Assembly: GCA_963796275.1 (NCBI GenBank)
Contig: CAWCKY010000003.1
Coordinates: 320,001 to 384,000, forward strand
Reading direction: 5' to 3'
DNA length: 64,000 nucleotides
Origin: an uncultured Acidobacteriota bacterium
GTDB taxonomy: Bacteria > Acidobacteriota > Blastocatellia > RBC074
Shown here: piece by piece, positions 1 through 10,172 of the stretch
Layout: every line of letters begins with the position of its first letter
Position numbering within the stretch: the first letter of the stretch is position 1
Program-made: the position numbers and the translations under genes
The notes under the pieces: generated by a model
Seen by the model: the letters and a program-made list of their open reading frames with translations, nothing else
Databases searched by the model: none
What the model was told of the DNA's origin: nothing

Positions 1-4
1 CGCT

Positions 5-1600
5 ATGATCACCGTCACGCCACAGAGCTGCGACTGGGACGAGATCGCCCGGATCACGGGTGACTCGACGTGGCGCGCCGACTATATGAACCGGTACTTC
101 GCCCGGCTCGAAGACTGCGGCTATCGGCCGAGGCCGGGCAGCGCGAAATATATCGTTCGCGGCCTGCTCTGGTCGGCCATCGCCCTTCTGCGGGGGCGCA
201 AGGATTGGCGTGACTGGGCGCACGGCCACGGGTTCAACGGTTGGCTACCGACGAGCGAAGCGGACCCGCGTCTCATCCTCAAGGATGGAGCGCTCCTGGG
301 TCTGCTGCTCAATGCGATCAAGTTCGCGTTCAAGACCGGGATCGAGAATCCGATCGCCAGCCTGCTCACCCGGCTCGACCCTAACGATCTGCGTAACGGC
401 ATAGACATGCGGGAAGGTCTGGCTTTCACGCCGCTTGCCGTGGGGCAGGGAAAACGGAAGGGGCCGCGGGAGCTGCTGCTCGCCACCCGCCAGACGCACC
501 CGAACAATCTCACTATTCAACTTCATTCGCTCGCAACCAGGATACTGTTCGAGAAGAATCGCGCGGTTGGCGTGGAGTTCTACGAGGGCGAGCACCTTTA
601 CGAAGCCGATTCCCATGCGAGGAAGCGGCGCAGAGATGTGGCGTTGGGGCGGCAGGGCGATGGAGAATTCCCGCCTTTCATCGTCCGCCAGGTCTTCGCC
701 GCACGCGAGGTCATCGTCGCCGCCGGCGCATTCAACAGCCCGCAGCTACTGAAGCTTTCGGGAATAGGGCCGAAACAGGAGTTGGCGCAGTTCGGAATCG
801 ACCTGGTGGCCGATCTGCCGGGTGTGGGAGAGAACCTGCAGGACCGTTATGAGGTCGGCGTGGTCTCGGAGTTTCCCCAACCATTCGGACTCCTGGAGGG
901 CGCCACTTTTGCGCCGCCCAAAGCGGGAGGACCGAAAGATCGATTCTTCCTTATGTGGGAGAAGGGTGAGGGCATATATGCATCGAACGGAGTCCTGCTC
1001 GGAATACTTAAACGTTCGGACAGGAAGAGAGCAGAACCGGATCTCTACATCTTCGGCTTGCCGGGATACTTCGCCGGGTATGAGCCCGGATACTCGGAAT
1101 TGTTCGAGCGCCAGCGCAACCGCTTCACCTGGGCGATCCTGAAAGCATATACACATAACACAGCCGGACGTGTGACGCTTCAATCAAAAGACCCCAGAAA
1201 GTGGCCGCGCATTGACTTTCATTACTTCACCGAGGGCAGCGACCAGCAGGGCGATGACCTGGATTCCATTGTTCACGGCGTGCAATTCGTACGCGAGATG
1301 AATCAGAACCTGGGCGCCGTCCAGGAGATATGTCCCGGTCCGGCATACGATACGCCGCAGCGGCTGCGCGAATTCATTCAGAACGAGGCCTGGGGCCATC
1401 ATGCTTCATGCACCAATAAGATCGGAAGCGACCACGACGAGTACGCGGTGCTGGACAGCCGTTTCCGCGTGCGAGGCACGCAGGGGCTGCGCGTCGTGGA
1501 TGCTTCGATCTTTCCCAAAATACCCGGCTATTTCATCGTCTCCGCCATCTACATGATTAGCGAAAAGGCATCCGATGTGATTATCGAAGACGCGGATTAG
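5..1600 (+). CDS. GMC oxidoreductase (choline dehydrogenase-like), 5'-truncated by window edge
   Basis: Motifs EVIVAAGAFNSPQLLKLSGIGP, LPGVGENLQD, WGHHASCT and GLRVVDASIFP; the N-terminal GxGxxG lies outside the window. Confidence 0.9.
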   Translation: MITVTPQSCDWDEIARITGDSTWRADYMNRYFARLEDCGYRPRPGSAKYIVRGLLWSAIALLRGRKDWRDWAHGHGFNGWLPTSEADPRLILKDGALLGLLLNAIKFAFKTGIENPIASLLTRLDPNDLRNGIDMREGLAFTPLAVGQGKRKGPRELLLATRQTHPNNLTIQLHSLATRILFEKNRAVGVEFYEGEHLYEADSHARKRRRDVALGRQGDGEFPPFIVRQVFAAREVIVAAGAFNSPQLLKLSGIGPKQELAQFGIDLVADLPGVGENLQDRYEVGVVSEFPQPFGLLEGATFAPPKAGGPKDRFFLMWEKGEGIYASNGVLLGILKRSDRKRAEPDLYIFGLPGYFAGYEPGYSELFERQRNRFTWAILKAYTHNTAGRVTLQSKDPRKWPRIDFHYFTEGSDQQGDDLDSIVHGVQFVREMNQNLGAVQEICPGPAYDTPQRLREFIQNEAWGHHASCTNKIGSDHDEYAVLDSRFRVRGTQGLRVVDASIFPKIPGYFIVSAIYMISEKASDVIIEDAD

Positions 1601-1700
1601 TTTTCAGTTTTTAGTTTTCAGTATTCAGTATTTTCGAATAACTGAAGTGCGCGAGATGCTCGATGCCTTGATGAGAGCTCTGAAAACTAAAAACTAAAAA
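1601..1700. repeat. Heptamer-based imperfect palindrome (TTTTCAG-like)n...(CTAAAAA-like)n between convergent genes
   Basis: ttttcag ttttTag ttttcag tattcag on the left; ctgaaaa ctaaaaa ctaaaaa on the right; each arm abuts a stop codon. Confidence 0.75.
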
Positions 1701-2492
1701 CTATTCGATGAGCGGAGGAGTAAAGTTATAAGGCGGCCACGGGCCGGTGATCTCAAAGGTCAGCCCTTGTTCAGCCAGTTCGGCAGAGGCCCACTCGACG
1801 CGCCCGCGGAGATCGGCCCGGACGATTTTCGGAGTCAGGAAGGCCCAGTTCAAAACGATCTCCGCGGCGCCTTCTGAGTTTGCGGTTGCTATCACTTTGC
1901 GAGCACGGAGATCGGTGGCAAACCCGCGCAAATCATCTGCTACTCGGGCACAGGTCTTCTGCAGCCATTGATGCAGTTCCTTCTCAGCCGACACTCGCGC
2001 CCGCTGCTCCAGCAAATAACGCATCCCTGGAGGCAGGGAGGCGGGGTCCATTCCGGCCTGTTGACTTGACTGAAGCCCCTGCAGTGCTCTCTCCCGGTTC
2101 AGCATACCCTTGATGCCCCACTCCTCGTGATCTGTCATCCGATCAAGGAACTGAGATATGGTGCTCCCGTGTTTTCGCTGCAGCCCTTCCAAATTCTCCA
2201 GCGATGAGAAGATGGTGCCGAACCGGGCTGGAAACACAGGGGAATGAGCCATCGCCTGTTCGATAACTGCTTCGTGGCGCCAGGCTCGGATCCCCAGCCA
2301 GGAGATATCCTCCATTTTGGCCTCGGCTGCCGGCCCGGAAAAATCCGCCACCATAACGGTGCTCAGAACTGCCGCGAGACCGGCAAACCTCCGCACTTGA
2401 AGCGGCTGCTCGCCATCCACACCGGTTCCGCTGAGCTCCGGCAGCAGGCCGGACCGGGCGAAACAGAAGAGATAATAGGCAGTATTTGACAT
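1701..2492 (-). CDS. gvpL: GvpL/GvpF family gas vesicle protein
   Basis: YYLFCF N-terminus, HEAVIEQAM..PVFPARFGTIF, EEWGIK, LNWAFL and C-terminal TGPWPPYNF. Confidence 0.85.
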   Translation of the reverse strand: MSNTAYYLFCFARSGLLPELSGTGVDGEQPLQVRRFAGLAAVLSTVMVADFSGPAAEAKMEDISWLGIRAWRHEAVIEQAMAHSPVFPARFGTIFSSLENLEGLQRKHGSTISQFLDRMTDHEEWGIKGMLNRERALQGLQSSQQAGMDPASLPPGMRYLLEQRARVSAEKELHQWLQKTCARVADDLRGFATDLRARKVIATANSEGAAEIVLNWAFLTPKIVRADLRGRVEWASAELAEQGLTFEITGPWPPYNFTPPLIE

Positions 2493-2494
2493 AT

Positions 2495-3976
2495 TTATTT
2501 CGCGCTCTCAGCCGCCGTTTCGCCATCGCTCCACGAAGCCGCGTCCCCACGTCGCCGCGTCGCTTCTCCAGACTTCTCCAGACTTTCTTTGATGGCAATA
2601 CCATATTCTTTGAGCTTCGACTGGATCGTCTTATAGTCGATTTGAAGCAGGCGGGATGCCTTTGCTTTATTGCCCCTGGTGAGGGACAGCACCTGGATCA
2701 AGACCTCGCGCTCGACCGCGATAGTACTGCGGCGCACTATCTCTTTCAGGGGAAGCTGGCGCCAGGGTAGCACAGGCGGCGGGGAATGGCGCGCCTGGCA
2801 GGGCTGCTGCACTAGGTTGAGATGCTTATCGGTGATGATGTCATCGGCCAGGAGCGTTGCCCGGCGAATTGTGGAGCGAAGCTGTCTCACGTTTCCCGGC
2901 CAGTTGTAAGCCAGTAGTGCCTCGGTTGCAGCTCTCGAAAAACCGCCGACGGATTTTTTTAATTCCGCATTGGTCAGTTCCAGAAACCGGTTGGCCAAGT
3001 AGAGAATGTCTTCACTCCGGTCCCGCAGTGGTGGGATAACGATGGTAAATTCGTTCAATCGGAAGAAGAGATCCTCCCGAAACGAGCCCAACGCCGCCAG
3101 GGTCTGGAGGTCCTGGTTGCTGGCAGCCAGGACGCGCACATCGACCGCCATCGGCTTGGAACCTCCGACGCGATTGATCACTTTCTCCTGCAGCACCCGG
3201 AGCAATTTAGCCTGCGCTGCCAGGGAGAGATTGGGGATCTCATCGAGTAACAACGTCCCCTGCTGGGCCTGTTCAAAGCGCCCGACCTTTCGGGCGTGAG
3301 CGCCGGTGAAGGCTCCTCGCTCGTGCCCGAATAGTTCACTCTCGAGCAGCGTCTCCGGGATGGCCCCACAATCGATCGGGATGAAAGGCGCCCGCGCTCT
3401 CAGACTCGCCTGATGAATAGCGCGGGCGACCAGCTCCTTGCCGGAACCGGTCTCGCCGATGATGAGCACGCTGAAGTTCGATCTTGCCACCCGATCGACA
3501 TCGGCGATGAGACGGCTGATGACATTGCTGGTTCCCATCATCTCCCGGAGTGAACTTTGATCACTCGTTTGGTAGCGGGGCTTGAGTTGGCGAGGGCGAT
3601 TCCGCTCCTTCAACGCCTTAGAGACCAACTGAATGACTTCATCGAGATCGAAAGGTTTGGCCAGATAGCTGTATGCTCCAGCTTTCATAGCTTCGACCGC
3701 GTTCCGCACTGCCGCATAGCCGTTGAGTAAGATGACCGGCAGCCCCTCATCCATATCCCTAACGTGCCGCAGCACTTCCAATCCGGTCAGGCCCGGCATC
3801 CTGTGGACGACAAGCAGGAGATATGGAGTCTCGCTGCGTATCATCTTCAATGCCGTCTCCCCATTAGACGCCACCAACGGGGTCAGGCCCTCCATCTCGA
3901 TGAGGTGAGCCAGCAATTCACGCGTGCTCTCCTCATTGTCCACGATCAGGATCTTGCAATTGACTGTAGTCATCAC
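2495..3976 (-). CDS. Sigma54-dependent NtrC-family activator (receiver-AAA+-Fis HTH) with atypical receiver
   Basis: GETGSGKE Walker A, ESELFGHERGAFTGA, FREDLFFRLN, WPGNVRQL and GNKAKASRLLQI HTH; the receiver Asp site reads LLLVVHRMP. Confidence 0.92.
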   Translation of the reverse strand: MMTTVNCKILIVDNEESTRELLAHLIEMEGLTPLVASNGETALKMIRSETPYLLLVVHRMPGLTGLEVLRHVRDMDEGLPVILLNGYAAVRNAVEAMKAGAYSYLAKPFDLDEVIQLVSKALKERNRPRQLKPRYQTSDQSSLREMMGTSNVISRLIADVDRVARSNFSVLIIGETGSGKELVARAIHQASLRARAPFIPIDCGAIPETLLESELFGHERGAFTGAHARKVGRFEQAQQGTLLLDEIPNLSLAAQAKLLRVLQEKVINRVGGSKPMAVDVRVLAASNQDLQTLAALGSFREDLFFRLNEFTIVIPPLRDRSEDILYLANRFLELTNAELKKSVGGFSRAATEALLAYNWPGNVRQLRSTIRRATLLADDIITDKHLNLVQQPCQARHSPPPVLPWRQLPLKEIVRRSTIAVEREVLIQVLSLTRGNKAKASRLLQIDYKTIQSKLKEYGIAIKESLEKSGEATRRRGDAASWSDGETAAESAK

Positions 3977-4367
3977 TTCCTCCTTACAGACAGATCGATT
4001 TGCACATTCATATTTGGTGATTGTCGGCTCAGATCGGCCAAGAATGAGCTTATGCTGAGAAGTCTTGGCAGGCTCAACGGTGGTTCTTGAATCTGAAACA
4101 CCAATCGAGCGCTCGGGTGATTGCCGCGCGGCCTGAGGTTGCAGGACAAGAGCCTGCTCTTATCGTGATTGTCTCCTCAAGGATGGTTTTGCCATCTAGG
4201 TGGTGGGCCCGGTAGAACGATTCATATATCGATGATTAGCCCGCACCGGCATATCGTTCTCCTAACCTGGGCCGTCGAGCGAAGCACCAATGCCCGACGA
4301 TGGCGGCTGAGGATACTTTTAATTCTACGGCCACTGAAATCGGTTATCGTTAGTTCAGCAATATATT

Positions 4368-4599
4368 CTCAACTCCGCGATACCAACTCTATTGAAGAAT
4401 GTTATTGTTATGCTCTCCCTTCAAATTCTATGTTGTAACTACTTGTATTACGTCAAACCACATAGCATCAGATTCGAGTTCAAATGTAACCACCATCCAA
4501 CAGCACAAATCATAAATCAATAGAGCTTTGATAAGCTTAAAAGCTCTGGAATAAAGTGAACAAAGGCCGATAAAAATTTCATAAAAACGGCGAGAATTT
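4368..4599 (+). repeat. Diverged direct repeat copy A of the region upstream of the wHTH-AAA_35 gene (copy B 8568-8791)
   Basis: Colinear shared blocks: accaact, gttattgt, agcatc..ttcgagttcaaa, atcataaa, gccgataaaaat, cggc.agaa. Confidence 0.8.
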
Positions 4600-4624
4600 A
4601 AATCAAAGCAATAAAGGTTGATAC

Positions 4625-4719
4625 AAACTACGAGGAAATAAAGAGTAAGAGAAGGAAGAAAAGGAGAAGATCAAATGGGTTGCCCACTTTTCTTGGTTCT
4701 CTTCATTTCTTCGTAGTTT
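4625..4719. repeat. Imperfect intergenic inverted repeat (REP-like)
   Basis: aaactacgaggaaat ... atttcttcgtagttt. Confidence 0.6.
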
Positions 4720-4792
4720 TAATTATCTGCCCCAATGTCGTCTACCCGGTATATTGAAAACCATCACCTGTGAAGTATGATAATCTTCCTTA

Positions 4793-7223
4793 CTAATGCC
4801 GCAATGCCACTAGCGGATCAAGCTTCATTGCTCTGCGCGCGGGCAAATAACAAGCGAGCAACGCAACACTCATCAACAATAGCGCAACGCCCCCGAACGT
4901 CAGCGGGTCAGTTGCACTCACCTCGAAGAGCAACGTCTTCATCAACCGAGTCAATGCCAATGCGCCGCCCAGACCAATTAGTATACCGATGAGCGTCAGT
5001 CTCATTCCCTGTCCGATAACAAGTTTCATTACGTCGCCCCTGTGCGCGCCGAGCGCCACCGAATCCCGATCTCGTGCCTGCGCTGCGTGACTGTATAACT
5101 CAGCAAGCCATATAGCCCCACGCTGGCGAGCGTCAGTCCCAACAGCGCGAACGCGCCGAGCAACACCAGATTGAACCGGCGTGACGAAGCAGAGTTGGCC
5201 ATCAGTTGTTCGATAGTCTGAATGTTGGAGATAGATTGATCTTTGTCTACGGCCCAAACCCGATCGCGCACTGAGGCAATCATCTGAAGCGGGTTGCCGC
5301 CGGTGCGCACTACCAGGGTCATATAGTTGTTATTCTGGATTTGCGCCAGCGGGAAATAAACTTGGGGATTGGCTTCCTCGTCCAATGCGGAGTGTTTGAT
5401 ATCTTTTAAGACGCCCACGATCTCGCGAGAGACGCTTCGAAAGCCGATGCGCTTGCCGAGCGAGTCTTCTCCGGGCCAGAAGTATTGCGCCGCCGCTTCA
5501 TTGATAACAACCACTGGCGGCGCATTGACGCCGTCGCTTTCAGCGAGCAGTCGGCCTCTTTGCAGCGGGATGCGCAGCGTCTTGAAAAAGTCCGAACTGA
5601 CTTGACAGATTCCGGCGTTGAAGCTTTCACCGGGCGGCAGCGGCCTGCCTTCGATAGCAAAGTCTGCGCTCCACAATGCGCCACTGAGCGGCAGTGGATA
5701 GGCCGCTGCTGTGGCTTCCACACCTGGTAATGAGCGCACGGGTTCCAGTGTCTGTTGAAAAAAGTTTGCCCTCTGGGCGCCCGCGTATTTTCCGCGAGGC
5801 AGTTGGATATCCATCGTCAAAACGCGCTGTGGATCGAGTCCCGGATCAACCCTGATCATCCGCTCAAAACTCCTGAGCAGCAATCCCGCTCCGATCAGCA
5901 ACACAAAAGCCAGGGCCACCTCGCTAACAATCAGCATGCTTCGTAAACGATGGTGCGGCGCTCCGGTAGCACTGCGCCCCCCCTCTTTGAGTGTCTCGTT
6001 GAGGTATGGTCGCGAAGCCCGAATGCCAGCAGCAGGCCGAAAACAATCCCGGCTAGCAGCGAGATGAGGAAGGTGAAACACGCTACACTGGTATCCAGTC
6101 GGATATCGTCCGTGCGCGGCAGATTAGCGGGGCTGAGCACCGGCAGCAGCTCAATACCCCACCAGGCCAGACACAGACCAAGCGTGCCCCCGCTGACAGC
6201 CAGCAGCAGGCTTTCCGTTAGCAACTGCCGCACGACACGCCAGCGGCCGGCGCCGATAGCTGCGCGAATCGCCAACTCCTTTTGCCGCGCGGCGGCGCGC
6301 GCCAGCAAGAGATTAGCGACATTCGTGCACGCAATCAACAAGACGAACCCTACAGCTCCCAGCAACACCAGTAAAGCCGTCTGAACCCTGCCGACGATCT
6401 GTCGTTGCAGGGCTACTACCCGCACATTTCCGCCGTTATTGGTCTGCGGATATTGCTCAGCCAGACGGCGAGCGATATCCTCCATCTCAGCTTGCGCACC
6501 TGCGATGCTGACGCCCGCTTTGAGCCGCGCCAGCACGGTCAGATAGCCTCCCTGGCGGCTGCTCAATTGCCCAGGCGTGAAAGCGGTAGGCAGATAAATA
6601 TCAACTTGATCGGCGAACTGGAAAGCTGCTGGAAGATAGGCTTTGCGCGGGAAATGGAAATCGGGCGGCAGCACGCCAATAACAGTGTGGACTTCATTGT
6701 TTAGCGTGATCGTCTGCCCAACGAGTTTTGGGTCTAAGCCGAAGCGCCGCTGCCACAACCCGTGACTGATGAGCGCGACGCGAGGCGCACCTGGCTGCTC
6801 TTCTTCAGGCAGAAACGTGCGCCCAAGCATAGCGCTGATGCCCACCAACGAGAAGAGACTGGCCGAAGCGCGCACGCCGCCCACGAACTCCGGCTCGCCA
6901 CTGCCTGTCAGGTTGATGTTATGCGAGTGCAGGGCCGCCATTCGCTCAAAGACATGATTTTGATTGCTCCAATCTACGAAATCCGCTACGCCCACTGGAA
7001 ATACGGGCAAGCCATACCTTGCCTCATGAATCGGATAATGTATCCAGACCATCACCAACGCTGCAGGATCGCGGTACGGCAGCGTGCGCAGTAATACACC
7101 GTTGACGACGCTGAAGATGGCCGTGTTTGCGCCAATGCCCAGCGCCAGCGTGAGGACAGTAATCACCGTGAATCCGGAATTTTTCAGCAACATTCGTATG
7201 CCATAACGCAGGTCTTGAAACAT
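4793..7223 (-). pseudogene. ADOP family (MacB/FtsX duplicated) ABC permease with two frameshifts (real or sequencing error)
   Basis: [12 protein letters not shown]...[13 protein letters not shown] through to LPARRAMKLDPLVALRH, split over three frames; apparent 1-bp deletions near 6024 and 5060 (IR[M]ALGA). Confidence 0.85.
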
Positions 7224-7243
7224 ATCGTCCTCAGTACATCAAG

Positions 7244-7273
7244 AAAAAGGAAGGGCGGCCACCGCCACCCTTT
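7244..7273 (-). terminator. Probable intrinsic terminator after the 7335 ORF
   Basis: aagggcggc-cacc-gccaccctt hairpin with a T-run on the minus strand. Confidence 0.5.
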
Positions 7274-7334
7274 CGAGACCTATTTCTTGCTCTGCTTGGG
7301 TGAGTAAGCAGAGCAGGATAATTTTTGCTAAAGG

Positions 7335-7676
7335 CTACGCCTCAATTCCTTTGCCCTCTGATGACATTGTCATTTGGTCAACATGGTTCTTCAGCCAACT
7401 ATCGAATAGAGCGGGGTCGGTTGATGAAACAGGATTATCAGTTAAGAAAGAAAGTTCGCTTTCTTTGGCAGATTCTTCAGAAATGCTAAGGTCGGGACGT
7501 GACCTCATAATGAAAAACTGACTGGATTCGACAAGCTCCTTAAGTTGTGGCTGCCAGTGCTCGGGACCTGACATTCGACCACTGGCAATAATCTCATTGA
7601 CGATGGACTGATTGGGAAGTGGAATGAGAATCATTACTTGATAGTCTTCTCCGCTCTCCATCGACCAGACTTTCAT
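7335..7676 (-). CDS. Small hypothetical protein; probably extends upstream to ~7730
   Basis: 113-aa ORF; open frame continues upstream (KNKIIPKLLGYGFRQ); GGGAGG RBS near 7740; similar to ORF 8097-8351. Confidence 0.5.
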   Translation of the reverse strand: MKVWSMESGEDYQVMILIPLPNQSIVNEIIASGRMSGPEHWQPQLKELVESSQFFIMRSRPDLSISEESAKESELSFLTDNPVSSTDPALFDSWLKNHVDQMTMSSEGKGIEA

Positions 7677-8096
7677 CTGTCGAAAGCCATATCCAAGTAG
7701 TTTGGGAATGATCTTGTTTTTAAGTGGTCAACAAAAGCCTCCCAATTATATGACTTGACGCTATAGTGTTTAGAATAACACCACTGTTGATTGGCTGGTT
7801 GCGTAATTTGATCGGTTATTGACTCTGGTGATTGGCTCATATTTCGTAACTCCTTGATGGATGATAAGCGTAATATGAGCTTGTAAGCATTGAAATTCCT
7901 GAGCTAGCAAGCTCGCGGGTAAGCAAAGACGGCTGTGATTTTACCATACCTCTGTTTAAAGCCAATTGAAACCCTATACGCGGCAAGCGCCATACTAATC
8001 AGAGAATATGCCTACTCCTCAACTACCCTAATAGCTGAGGACGTAATGGCTGAGGACGCTGCTAAATGGCTGGTCGGTATATCGAGAGAGCTCAAA

Positions 8097-8448
8097 CTAT
8101 GTCGATGGAACTAATTCCGACTCTTCTTCAAGAAAAATGTGGAGCTCTTTAGTCGTTATCAAGGCCGGTTCCCAAACCCTACTCAATGCCCTGCTCACGC
8201 GTTCTTGGTCTACGAAAGGAATAAGCACGATGATATTGTAGATGCCTTTTTGGTCGGTTCGGTTTGCAGAAAAAACTTTGACCTGCCTTTTCTCTTGATC
8301 AGTCAACCTTGAATTTGCATTTGTATTTGGATTCGTTGGATTAAAAATCAATTCCAGGGTATCTTCGTGTGTTTTCCCTGAGAGCTTCTTCCCGGCCTTC
8401 CCCTACCACCACCTCATAGCTCACCATTACATATTTAGTGAATCCCAT
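8097..8448 (-). CDS. Small hypothetical protein, possibly frameshifted near 8345
   Basis: GAGGTG RBS plus ATG at 8448 gives 35 aa ending in a T-run adjoining the 84-aa ORF 8097-8351; shares an RQ(V/M)KV(F/W)S...Y..(I/M).LIP pattern with the 7335 ORF. Confidence 0.45.
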
Positions 8449-8567
8449 TTTTCACCTCAATCGAAGGGGTTAGTAATCAGATGCGATTCAATCTGTTTCG
8501 CATCGCTATGTTGCAGTCTTCCGAATGTCGGTTGGGTTCCGGGGTACGGGTTGAGGGCAATCTAAGC

Positions 8568-8791
8568 CTCAACCCGCGTCACCAACTTTTTTGAAAAAGT
8601 TATTGTCACGCTATCTCTTCTGTTTTATGATGCGATTACTGTCATCTCAAACAGCTCAGCATCGAGTTCGAGTTCAAACGTGACCATCACTTAAGTACGC
8701 GGATCATAAAACAAGAGGGTTTTGATTAGCATAAAAACTCGGAAAAAGTTCAATAAAAGCCGATAAAAATCCAATAAAGTCGGCAAGAACT
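8568..8791 (+). promoter_or_regulatory. Regulatory region (repeat copy B) with helically phased ATAAA-like direct repeats
   Basis: ATAAA or similar at 8731, 8742, 8753, 8763, 8774 and 8784 (10-11 bp period), directly upstream of the wHTH gene. Confidence 0.55.
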
Positions 8792-8793
8792 CG

Positions 8794-10172
8794 GTGAAAA
8801 CTATGACTTATGAATTTGGCCTGTATCGCTTCGATCCAAGTACCGGTAAGTTATTTAGTTCCGGCAATCCGATAGATATTGGACCACGGCTGGCCGAACT
8901 GCTAACGATCTTTATGCAGCACCACGGACAGGCGCTGGGAGACGAAGAGTTACTGGAGATGCTCTGGCCTGGCGACCAGAACAAGGGTGGAGAGAATCTA
9001 GCTGCTAACATCTTTAATCTGCGGAAGAAGCTCGGCGCAGGGCAATATATTGAAAGGATTGCCGGACGCGGATATCGTTTTGTCGGCGCCGTGAAAATGA
9101 TCGATCCAGATGCTTCGCCGCAGAGCTATCCGCTGCCGCCGGGCGGTGCCGTACCGCTCGATTCACCGTTCTACATTGCGCGGAGAACGGATGATGAGTT
9201 TTATAAGGCGATTGCGCGCCGCGACAGCATCGTCCTGGTCAAAGGTGGGCGGCAGGTAGGCAAAACCTCTTTGCTCGCCCGCGGGCTGCAAATCGCTCGC
9301 GAATCCGGAGCCACCGTCATCCTGACGGATTTGCAGCATCCGTCAGGCGAAGCTTTCTCAAGCGTGGAAAAGCTGCTGCTCGAGCTGGGAGAACGAATCG
9401 CTGGCCAGATGAATTTGAAGACCAGACCTCACGATGTGTGGAGCAGTCTGCTCAGCGCCAGCGCCAATTTTCACAATTATCTGCAACGCGAAGTGTTAGG
9501 CAAGATATCCTCTCCACTGGTTTGGGGGCTTGACGAAATAGACCGGCTGTTCGGATTTGATTACGCAAGCGAAGTGTTCGGACTGTTCCGGTCCTGGCAT
9601 AACTTGCGCGCACTGGAACCCTCAGGACCGTGGCGGCGGATGACGCTGGCCATGGCCTATGCAACGGAAGCCCACCTGTTCATCACTGATTTGAATCAAT
9701 CGCCATTTAACGTCGGCACCAAGCTTGTACTCGAAGACTTGACCTACGATCAAGTCGCCGAACTCAACCGGCAATATGGCGCACCACTCAAAGACGAGTC
9801 GGAGATCGCGCGATACATCGCTATGGTTGGCGGGCACCCTTACCTGGTGCAGCGGGGCCTTTACGAAATGACCGAGCACGGTTTAGACCTCGCTTCAATC
9901 GAAGGGAATGCCGATTACGATGAGGGAATATTCGGCGAACATCTGCGACGGATGTGGGTTTCACTGACCCGCGACGCTGATTTGTGTAATGCCGTGCGCG
10001 ATCTGTTGCAGGCCAAGCGGGGATTGGCGATCACCAACTTCTACCGACTGCGCAGCGCAGGGGTGCTGGTCGGTGATTCAGCACACATGCGCAGTTACGG
10101 TGCCAACTTTACGCCAAGTTTTTGAAGAAGCATCTTTTCTCCCCCGACAGCCCGGAGGTTTTTGATGATTGA
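8794..10172 (+). CDS. OmpR-type winged-HTH + AAA_35 (STAND-like) ATPase, frameshift near 10087
   Basis: YEFGLYRFD...[10 protein letters not shown]...[11 protein letters not shown]; [41 protein letters not shown]; the expected tail [13 protein letters not shown] is in another frame ending TGA 10170-10172. Confidence 0.85.
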
